From a virus, in the IMG/VR virus record IMGVR_UViG_3300032050_010539: a stretch of 64,000 nucleotides of DNA; one strand, 5' to 3'. Shown here piece after piece: positions 30,863 through 37,554 of this stretch (the first letter of the stretch is position 1; each line of letters begins with the position of its first letter). Under the pieces are notes generated by a model. The model was not told the origin of the DNA. It made no database searches and worked only from the letters and a program-made list of their open reading frames with translations. The position numbers and the translations under genes were made by a program.

Positions 30863-31090
30863 CTATGTTAAAGAGCGCTGATAAAAACGCAGGTTATAAT
30901 AAAACAAGTCGATAGAAAAATATAACTTGTCTAATTCAAGAGTATAGGCCCCAATTATAATTTCATAGAACCATGTATAATATAAATTATCGCCGTTTGC
31001 TAGAATCGCTGGGTCAGTAATGGATTTAGATATAGACATATGTGGACCCCAATTACTACTAAGCCAACCATTACAATTAATAATCTTCAT
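30863..31090 (-). CDS. array micro-protein
   Basis: ITDP..NLYY..LELDKL..FYY. Confidence 0.5.
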   Translation of the reverse strand: MKIINCNGWLSSNWGPHMSISKSITDPAILANGDNLYYTWFYEIIIGAYTLELDKLYFSIDLFYYNLRFYQRSLT

Positions 31091-31283
31091 AGAGATAATC
31101 ATCCTCATCTAATGATAGTTTACGGTAAAACCAAGCAAGCCCTTGATTATTATAAGTATGAAACTTATAGTATAAATTATGACCACTTGTTATCAGAGGA
31201 TCAGTAATAGGTACAAGTTCACCCCAATATGGAGCCCATCTAGTATTACGAGGAGCCCAATCATTAGAATTAATAATCTTCAT
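31077..31283 (-). CDS. array micro-protein
   Basis: WAPRN..WAPY..PITDP..LDEDDYLYEDY. Confidence 0.6.
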   Translation of the reverse strand: MKIINSNDWAPRNTRWAPYWGELVPITDPLITSGHNLYYKFHTYNNQGLAWFYRKLSLDEDDYLYEDY

Positions 31284-31446
31284 CGAAATAGTCCCCCTCA
31301 TCTAGAATGTTATATAATACATTTCCTGCCAGTCTATAGTAAAACTTGGCGGGCCCCCCAGCATTAACGTAGTAGTAGACCCATTCGCGATACGGCGCCC
31401 ATTTCTCATTATGGGGCGCCCAACAGTTTGTATTAATCTCTTTCAT
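31270..31446 (-). CDS. array micro-protein (first unit, 58 aa)
   Basis: MKEINTNCWAPHN...FYYRL...LDEGDYFDEDY by hand translation. Confidence 0.6.
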   Translation of the reverse strand: MKEINTNCWAPHNEKWAPYREWVYYYVNAGGPAKFYYRLAGNVLYNILDEGDYFDEDY

Positions 31447-31849
31447 CAAATGCCTCCTTTTTTACTGGACGTAAAACCGACTTTTTCTTATAAGCAACCA
31501 CCATTAAATACACCTCTAACAAAGCCTCAATAAGAGACTCCTGCCGAGAACCAAAACAGCGTGAAGTCTTGGAAGGATCAGGATTCACGCTGACCTGCAC
31601 AGTATAACTATTAGGTAATCGTTGGATGACCCAACCATAGCCAAAGCTATCTAGACGCATTTGGAAAAAATAGATCAACTTAGCAAGCGACCCCCGATCT
31701 AACAAAAAGGGATCAGGATCAGAGGTAGAGATAGAAATCCAATCACCCCAAGATAGTTGGATAAAAAAGGTATTCCGAAAAGTACCCACTCCATACCCAC
31801 AAATGTGAGGCTCAGACTTGACCCAATCGTGCAAAAATTCAGTAAGCAT
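31433..31849 (-). CDS. hypothetical protein, 138 aa, lead gene of the array
   Basis: GGAGGG RBS; ends FDERD* overlapping the first array ATG by 14 nt. Confidence 0.7.
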   Translation of the reverse strand: MLTEFLHDWVKSEPHICGYGVGTFRNTFFIQLSWGDWISISTSDPDPFLLDRGSLAKLIYFFQMRLDSFGYGWVIQRLPNSYTVQVSVNPDPSKTSRCFGSRQESLIEALLEVYLMVVAYKKKSVLRPVKKEAFDERD

Positions 31850-32003
31850 TTATACCCTCCGTATAGATGACAATATGTTGTACCACATACTGTTATTTCA
31901 GTTGTCCTGAAATAACAGTATAACTAATTATTCTTATCATCAATAAGAATAGACTAACTAGCAAAAGAATACTCGTTAAGATACTTTATGTCTAATTAAT
32001 TAA

Positions 32004-32330
32004 TTAAAATTGTTGAATAATAACGCCCCCCTCAAATTTAATTACTGTTGTTCTGTCTTCTAGATAAGTAATAGCAGATGACTCTACATCATTCTCATCC
32101 TCATCATCTTCTGGTATAAAGCCATAATGTTCGGCCGCTTCTAGTGCGCTAGAGTATTCTGAATATTCACACTGCATAGCGACTCTATCAAATTCGATAG
32201 ATTTATCAAGGTCATCCTCTAAATCTTCTAGATACCCAACTAAAGCCTCAGCGCCCGACCATGACCAATCAGCATTACCATCTTCTTTGAGTAGCTTGAT
32301 TGCCTTATCGGTGCTTATATTTTGGTGCAT
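32004..32330 (-). CDS. acidic phage hypothetical protein, 108 aa
   Basis: WSWSGAEALVGYLE...EFDRVAMQCEYSEY, a common phage family pattern. Confidence 0.65.
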   Translation of the reverse strand: MHQNISTDKAIKLLKEDGNADWSWSGAEALVGYLEDLEDDLDKSIEFDRVAMQCEYSEYSSALEAAEHYGFIPEDDEDENDVESSAITYLEDRTTVIKFEGGVIIQQF

Positions 32331-32381
32331 TTTATTTTTCTCTTAAATTAACAATAGCGAATAACCAAAGTATATCTACTG

Positions 32382-32416
32382 AAAAATAGCCCCCCTGCAC
32401 TTTGGCAGGGGGGCTA
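32382..32416 (-). terminator. intrinsic terminator
   Basis: TAGCCCCCCTGC / GCAGGGGGGCTA hairpin with TTTTT on the - strand. Confidence 0.75.
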
Positions 32417-32451
32417 CTAATAATAGATGAAAGGTTTTACCTCACAGTAGT

Positions 32452-32736
32452 TCACCCATTGTTATCAAATAGGTTTCTATAGGCCTGGTATACGGCATCA
32501 GGTGCCTCCTCGTCATTGTATTGTTGAGCCAACTTGTATATAGATAAGAAGCTCAATAGATTAGGGCGGTAGTTAGGGATAATACAATAACCACCCTTAA
32601 TCCATTTAACACACGCGAGACGGCGAGTACCATAAAACCAGCAGAAGATCTCGTCGCCAAGAGTCGTACGAGATTGATATGGTTCGCGAAAGTCAGATAT
32701 ACGCCCCCGCAAGTATCTAAGTAAATCGAACATCAT
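32452..32736 (-). CDS. hypothetical protein, 94 aa
   Basis: Coupled to the helicase stop. Confidence 0.55.
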   Translation of the reverse strand: MMFDLLRYLRGRISDFREPYQSRTTLGDEIFCWFYGTRRLACVKWIKGGYCIIPNYRPNLLSFLSIYKLAQQYNDEEAPDAVYQAYRNLFDNNG

Positions 32737-33911
32737 AATTTAGTACCTAACTGATTATAGAATTTAAGGATAGAAGGCTCTATATAGCAACTATCACAGA
32801 AGGTAGATCGTGTACCTATCAGGCGGAGGCCGCTATAATGACGTACACGACTAAGAATAGTATAGAGGCCCCCGCTGAGCCAACGTAAATTACTGAGACG
32901 AGCCTGTACGTTATTAAGCGTAAGCCCCTGACTACGATGAACAGTGAGGGCGTAGCCCAGTCTAACGGGTAAGTAGTGGCAGCGGCCCAGTAGCTTGTTA
33001 GTGCCGAGCTCTTTATTATCTCGTGTTACGTATTCAATGATAGTCTCCTGACCGGTACGTTCTACTGTCACCAGTATAGTGTTAGTCATGAGCTCCTTGA
33101 CTATAGCGATATCGCCATTAGCATACGCAGGTAGTCTGTTACGAAGTAGAATAACGCGCGCGCCCTTCCTCAGCTCTACTGATTCGGGTATTTGGCTCCA
33201 CTCAGGAGCGGCCCTACACCCCTTCGGTATAACGTAGTTCTTAGTGTAGAGGCGACTAGGCCCTTCTAGTTGTGCTAAGTGCACGGCGTTATATCTATCT
33301 ACACTATCATTAGTAGTCAGGATAGTAGTGCCCGCGTAGTTATCATCGATCTGATTGACAAACTCTACATTATCCATGAACCAATCTACTGCTTCCTGAG
33401 GCCGCCCTTCTCTTACGCTAGTCAGTGCCTGTATAAAGCCGGGGTCACTCTGGCGCCTGACCTCTCGTAAGTACTGTATATCGAAGCTCTGCAGGCAGTC
33501 TGTTTGATAGACTGGCGTGCTAGTGACCTTCTTATCTGGTACTAGTGGTAACTGACAGAAGTCCCCCACGAGTAGGAGATTCATATTTATGTTACTCTTC
33601 TCCATTACGTGATGGATAATAGTTAGTTGCGGGCCATGTAACATACTGATCTCGTCTATGACTAGGGTATCGAAAAGATTAGATATAGCCCGTAGCTTAG
33701 TGGCCAGCGCTCCACTGGAAGCAGCGCGTAATAGGCTAGTAGTGTCGAAAAACTGGAGGGCCGCGTGAACAGTAGTACCGCCTGCATTAATAGCGCTCAC
33801 GCCGGTACTACTAGTGATGAGGGCCTTACTCAAACTCTGTATGTATGTTGTTTTACCACTCCCTGCTGGACCCAGCAGCATCTGATAGGGGCCGTTGAAC
33901 GTTATCTGCAT
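32733..33911 (-). CDS. Pif1/RecD-like SF1B DNA helicase
   Basis: GPAGSGKT, STGVSA, IDEISM, GDFCQL, RRQSD, YALTVHRSQGLTL, YTILSRV. Confidence 0.92.
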   Translation of the reverse strand: MQITFNGPYQMLLGPAGSGKTTYIQSLSKALITSSTGVSAINAGGTTVHAALQFFDTTSLLRAASSGALATKLRAISNLFDTLVIDEISMLHGPQLTIIHHVMEKSNINMNLLLVGDFCQLPLVPDKKVTSTPVYQTDCLQSFDIQYLREVRRQSDPGFIQALTSVREGRPQEAVDWFMDNVEFVNQIDDNYAGTTILTTNDSVDRYNAVHLAQLEGPSRLYTKNYVIPKGCRAAPEWSQIPESVELRKGARVILLRNRLPAYANGDIAIVKELMTNTILVTVERTGQETIIEYVTRDNKELGTNKLLGRCHYLPVRLGYALTVHRSQGLTLNNVQARLSNLRWLSGGLYTILSRVRHYSGLRLIGTRSTFCDSCYIEPSILKFYNQLGTKL

Positions 33912-34308
33912 CTAATCTCCGTATAGTCCTAATTGTTTTACTCCATCGGTCCATCTCGCATTCGAGATAGGTAATCAACTCGGCCCGCGCGGATTTCAAA
34001 TGCTTATGACTATGAGGAGTACTAACATCACACCGCTCAATAACTGATAGGTGTCCCTTCTGTCTTACTAGATAGTTACCATAACCTGTTACACTGGCGG
34101 GCCTAATAGCGCGGGCTACGCGGATACTAGCCTTATAATCTGCGCGCCCCTTCTTCAGGTAATTAAGTAATCTACTCTGCTGCGTCATAAAACTTAGACT
34201 AGACTGCCTATCATGCGCCACGGCCGCGAGATAATCAGTCACACCTATATAAGAATCGGGGCCCTTATATATAACGTAGTACCACGGTCTATTATCTAGA
34301 ATTGACAT
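33853..34308 (-). CDS. hypothetical protein, 151 aa
   Basis: Packed ORF. Confidence 0.55.
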   Translation of the reverse strand: MSILDNRPWYYVIYKGPDSYIGVTDYLAAVAHDRQSSLSFMTQQSRLLNYLKKGRADYKASIRVARAIRPASVTGYGNYLVRQKGHLSVIERCDVSTPHSHKHLKSARAELITYLECEMDRWSKTIRTIRRLDADNVQRPLSDAAGSSREW

Positions 34309-34879
34309 AAATCTTAAGCAATCTCTCTAGTGCCCTCTTCAAGTCTGATACTCTGCGGTAGTCATTAACTATGTCTATATAATGAACGCCCGCCCCATTA
34401 AGGCGAGCCAGACGGTCTTTAATAGCCTGATAGTTAACATCACTACTCAGTACCTGCTCAGACGAGCGGCTTATATTGATTACTATACAACATCTATTAA
34501 TCAATGTAGATAGCATACTCTCTATTACCTCTACCTCCTCCAGGTTGCGTAGGGACAATAGAACAGTAGGTATACCCTCGCTGATATGGTGCTGTATCTC
34601 AGTCCGCATCATACGACTAGAGAAGTAGGGGTCATTCTCTCTCATGAAGTGATAGAGATTAACCATGAACTGATTCATGGTTATATTCATACCATTGGGC
34701 GTATACTCTTTGTATACTGTTGTATCGAGGGCCCCCTCTGGCAATCCATAGTATTTCTCTGTGAAGCGCTTCCATGGAGCTATAGGATGAATCTCCTCTA
34801 CCCCCAGTAACTTAGATAAACATTTAGAGGCTTCAGTCTTACCTGAACCACTTAGACCATGAATAATAATAAAGAACAT
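34292..34879 (-). CDS. P-loop (deoxy)nucleoside monophosphate kinase-like protein
   Basis: N-terminal GLSGSGKT; A.P.K and LR..EE motifs of phage dNMP kinases. Confidence 0.65.
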   Translation of the reverse strand: MFFIIIHGLSGSGKTEASKCLSKLLGVEEIHPIAPWKRFTEKYYGLPEGALDTTVYKEYTPNGMNITMNQFMVNLYHFMRENDPYFSSRMMRTEIQHHISEGIPTVLLSLRNLEEVEVIESMLSTLINRCCIVINISRSSEQVLSSDVNYQAIKDRLARLNGAGVHYIDIVNDYRRVSDLKRALERLLKIYVNSR

Positions 34880-34896
34880 AAGTAGTCATGCAAGGA

Positions 34897-34925
34897 TTGA
34901 CAATTTTAGAAGTCTCTGATAAAAT
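34897..34925 (+). promoter_or_regulatory. sigma70-type promoter for the tRNA-like RNA
   Basis: TTGACA-N17-TAAAAT ending 6 nt before the RNA 5' end. Confidence 0.8.
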
Positions 34926-34931
34926 TGAAAT

Positions 34932-35131
34932 GCTAGAGTAGCTTGGTAGCTAAAGGCTGAAACGGAGCCTTCAACCGAAAAGGGACTTAATACAAAAAAT
35001 ACCTTTGTTTTTTGTTTCAAAACTGAAATTTGCGAATCCACCGAACTTGGCAAAGATTGAGTGAGGGAAGGGCGTTTCGTCAGGAGTAGATTTAATTAAG
35101 TTTTGCGGGTTCAATTCCCGTCTCTAGTACC
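34932..35131 (+). ncRNA. ~200-nt tRNA-like structured RNA with a ~130-nt insert in the variable-arm position
   Basis: Acceptor GCTAGAG/CTCTAGT+A, T-arm GCGGG-TTCAATT-CCCGT, D-like TAGCT-TGGT-AGCTA, hairpin AAGGCT/AGCCTT, long-range helix ACTTAAT/ATTAAGT. Confidence 0.65.
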
Positions 35132-35170
35132 TATTAAATTATGCCACCAGTCACGAGTTAATAAATTCAT

Positions 35171-35443
35171 TTAATACTCATTGAGTCGCATTTTTAGATT
35201 CTTCAGTTTTTCAAGTTTTCTTTCAGTTTGTTTAATTGCTTTAAGTCTCTTTTCTTCAAAGACTTTTTGAGCTTCTGTTTCCGTTAGCACATACTCTTTT
35301 GAGGTAAATCCGTCTAGCATTAACATATTAAATTTACGGGGATTATCCGGGGAAAATACCCCATGGCAGATTTTTCCATTGCACTTTATAATGCCACTTG
35401 TCAAAGCGTATTTTGTGACATAAACTGTAATTGTTTCGTCCAT
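35171..35443 (-). CDS. hypothetical phage protein, 90 aa
   Basis: VYVTKYALTSGI motif; AGGAG RBS. Confidence 0.65.
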   Translation of the reverse strand: MDETITVYVTKYALTSGIIKCNGKICHGVFSPDNPRKFNMLMLDGFTSKEYVLTETEAQKVFEEKRLKAIKQTERKLEKLKNLKMRLNEY

Positions 35444-35472
35444 TGATTTACTCCTATGGTTATTATTTTTAG

Positions 35473-35554
35473 TGGGTTAGGCTGGGTTTGCACCAGCGTG
35501 GAATTACTCTACAGATTTACAGTCTGTCGCCTTCGACTACTCGGCCACTAACCC
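35473..35554 (-). tRNA. trnY: tRNA-Tyr(GTA)
   Basis: GGGTTAG/CTAACCC acceptor, anticodon arm ACAGA-CTGTAAA-TCTGT, long variable arm, T-arm GCTGG-TGCAAAC-CCAGC (atypical T-loop). Confidence 0.88.
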
Positions 35555-35566
35555 TTGTTTAGATTT

Positions 35567-35595
35567 ATCTTACCATAATTCTTAATGCCTGTCAA
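35567..35595 (-). promoter_or_regulatory. sigma70-type promoter for tRNA-Tyr
   Basis: TTGACA-N17-TAAGAT. Confidence 0.75.
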
Positions 35596-36057
35596 TCATG
35601 GTTTTTGATTTTCTTGATTCTTTTGAGATTCTTGCAAATTGAGAAGTTGAAGCACAGCTTCATCTGCGTCTTTACGCGCCATACTACAAGTCCATAGTCT
35701 TTGTTCATTGCGCTTAATAATGATAATTTCTGTATCAGAAACTGAACAAACTAAATCATTTTTCTGTTTTATTAGTTGATTAAGAGATTCTATTCGTTGC
35801 TTTTGTTCTAATTCAGAAACGGGTTGAGGTTTTTCTCCGTACTCTTGTGTAGAGAAAACAATAGCTAACATAAAACTTTTTGTTTCTTTAAACTGAAACC
35901 GAATAATCTGCCAACTAAATTCACCATCAGGTTCTAATTCTCGATTCCAAATATTTAGAAAGGTCTGTAAATAACCTTCTAATCCTTTTTGAGTTTGACG
36001 GTTTTTATTAATATCACTGACTAAAAATCCCGTATCTAACAGAATATTTGACTTCAT
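35596..36057 (-). CDS. host-like protein resembling the C-terminal domain of type IIG/N-6 DNA methylase R-M enzymes
   Basis: IIIIKRNEQRLWTCSMARKDADE motif; AT-rich, host-like codon use. Confidence 0.45.
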   Translation of the reverse strand: MKSNILLDTGFLVSDINKNRQTQKGLEGYLQTFLNIWNRELEPDGEFSWQIIRFQFKETKSFMLAIVFSTQEYGEKPQPVSELEQKQRIESLNQLIKQKNDLVCSVSDTEIIIIKRNEQRLWTCSMARKDADEAVLQLLNLQESQKNQENQKP

Positions 36058-36299
36058 TTGCTGCCAATACCTCGAAGATAGTCTTTATTAGTGGCTAAGT
36101 CCCCCGGTCCGCCATCGACACAACCAATATATTCTTTGGCTGCTTCATAGAATGAAATCGTTTTTTCTTCAGTGAGTTCTTTCTTCTCTGCCTTAAATTG
36201 CAAGAATTTAATAAAGTCGATTACTTCTTGCTGTTGTTGGGGAGTGAGGGCGTTTAGTTTTTCTAAGATGGTTTGTGAGTGAGTGGTTGCTGATATCAT
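36054..36299 (-). CDS. DUF2281-like antitoxin
   Basis: LEKLNALTPQQQQEVIDFIKFL and IGCVDGGPGDLATNKDYL.G.G motifs of cyanobacterial antitoxins. Confidence 0.7.
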   Translation of the reverse strand: MISATTHSQTILEKLNALTPQQQQEVIDFIKFLQFKAEKKELTEEKTISFYEAAKEYIGCVDGGPGDLATNKDYLRGIGSK

Positions 36300-36430
36300 G
36301 GGTTAATTCTCTTGGGGGTTCTTCTGACTGACTGTCTTGAATAGAGTAAGAGTAAGAATATCAAGGATTTAACAGTTCTACATAAAACATATTGTGACTC
36401 CGATTAATTTTACATATAAAGTTTTAATGT

Positions 36431-36736
36431 TTATTCATTGCCAAGATACCATTGCTTATCACTAAGAAACCAGAAAAACATTCCTTTGCAAGAATTAGTA
36501 CAGTCTTTCTCAGATATTAATTCTTGCCATAAACGAAAACATTCAAAAAATTGCTCCCATCCATAAGGAACATCTTCTTTAAGATTAGTCCAAATAATAG
36601 ATAGATACCTTTCGATAAGATTGCGTATTGTTAAGATTAAAGAGTGTGGTTTTATTCCCATCTCTTTTAGTTCTGCTTTGGTTAATTTCTTTCTTAGAAA
36701 TTGATCGATCTTTTTATCTAGTTGCGTTTGATTCAT
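36431..36736 (-). CDS. hypothetical protein, 101 aa (12 nt downstream of a CRISPR-like repeat)
   Basis: ORF track; AT-rich island. Confidence 0.6.
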   Translation of the reverse strand: MNQTQLDKKIDQFLRKKLTKAELKEMGIKPHSLILTIRNLIERYLSIIWTNLKEDVPYGWEQFFECFRLWQELISEKDCTNSCKGMFFWFLSDKQWYLGNE

Positions 36737-36748
36737 TGTTTAGTATCA

Positions 36749-36785
36749 GTTTCAATCCCTAATAAAGCTTAAACTTAATTGTTTC
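36749..36785 (-). CRISPR. solitary degenerate CRISPR repeat (type I-D-like)
   Basis: GAAACAATTAAGTTTAAGCTTTATTAGGGATTGAAAC, 37 nt ending in ATTGAAAC. Confidence 0.65.
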
Positions 36786-36799
36786 TTTTTCCTTAATAT

Positions 36800-37066
36800 T
36801 TAATCTTCTCCCCAATCTGGGTAGTATTGTAAATAGACAGCTTGTCGCTCGATAGCTTCCTTCTCAAGCTTTTCAATTTCTTCGTCATCGAAGTCGTGGT
36901 CCCAAATTAGAGAATCAAGAAACTGGTCTTCTTTCTCTATAAACAATTCCTTCTTAACCATAAAATCTTGGCAACCATAAGACATCCCTCCGCTTTTCCC
37001 TATAAAAATAAGCGCATTGTCTTCAACGGTCGCCAAAAACTCTTTTAATTGTTTTGCAGTAATCAC
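36800..37066 (-). CDS. small acidic protein, 88 aa, between CRISPR-like repeats (Acr candidate)
   Basis: AGGAG RBS with GTG start; D/E-rich. Confidence 0.6.
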   Translation of the reverse strand: MITAKQLKEFLATVEDNALIFIGKSGGMSYGCQDFMVKKELFIEKEDQFLDSLIWDHDFDDEEIEKLEKEAIERQAVYLQYYPDWGED

Positions 37067-37133
37067 TTTGTGTCTCCTAAATAAAAAGTTATCTTATCAA
37101 TATTCGGATTGGGAATCTACCATAATTCAATCA

Positions 37134-37251
37134 GTTTCAATCTCTAGTAGGGTTTAAAACTAATACACAATAACACCTACTATTAACCAATTACGTTGAG
37201 TATGATAATGGTGAATCTCAAACCCTACTAGGGATTGAGATTAATTCTAAC
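37134..37251 (-). CRISPR. mini-array: degenerate repeat (37215-37251) / 44-nt spacer / degenerate repeat (37134-37170)
   Basis: GTTAGAATTAATCTCAATCCCTAGTAGGGTTTGAGAT and TTGTGTATTAGTTTTAAACCCTACTAGAGATTGAAAC; CCCTA/TAG(G/A)G hairpin core. Confidence 0.62.
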
Positions 37252-37272
37252 ACAATTTCTAATGTCTGTTAA
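37244..37272 (-). promoter_or_regulatory. sigma70-type promoter reading into the repeat cluster
   Basis: TTAACA-N17-TAGAAT. Confidence 0.6.
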
Positions 37273-37277
37273 TAACT

Positions 37278-37541
37278 ATGGCTAAGAAGAAGAGCTTCAC
37301 TTTTAAGAAAGAGCACAAGGATCCGGACGGAGGGCTAACAGCTAAGGGCCGCGCTGATTACAATCGCGCTACTGGCTCTAACCTGAAGCCCCCTGCCCCT
37401 AATCCCAAGAACAAGACGGATGCGGCCCGCCGTAAGAGCTTCTGTGCGCGTAGCGCAGGCCAGGCGGATATGCACGATATAGACTGTCGCAAGACACCTA
37501 ACAAGCGCTTATGCAAGGCCCGCAAGGCATGGGCATGCTAG
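37278..37541 (+). CDS. DUF6321-like basic phage protein
   Basis: GGLTAKGRA.YNRATGSNLK.P...RRKSFCARS motif. Confidence 0.75.
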   Translation: MAKKKSFTFKKEHKDPDGGLTAKGRADYNRATGSNLKPPAPNPKNKTDAARRKSFCARSAGQADMHDIDCRKTPNKRLCKARKAWAC

Positions 37542-37554
37542 GACAGCGCTAGTG

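Larger units (their letters stand above)
24346..31446 (-). repeat. tandem array of ~35 paralogous micro-ORF units (~150-290 bp each)
   Basis: Recurring junction GATTATTTCGATGAAGATGATTAATTGTAA on the - strand; recurring peptide blocks MK(M/K/I)IN..WAPRN or WTLHNKL, PIT(D/N)P, FYYRL, ILDEDDYFDEDD. Confidence 0.93.

Noticed and set aside
24637-31367. + strand ORFs in the array and the MRxIIS upstream extensions
   Set aside because: Antisense shadows or alternative-frame readings of the junction; starts were placed at the MK codon
24346-31446. Micro-ORF array as a CRISPR array or DGR
   Set aside because: Inter-repeat segments are 130-260 bp, homologous to each other and coding; there is no reverse transcriptase in the window and no obvious adenine-specific variation
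34932-35131. Canonical tmRNA or group I intron-containing tRNA
   Set aside because: No G3.U70, too short, no recognisable group I core or valid anticodon loop
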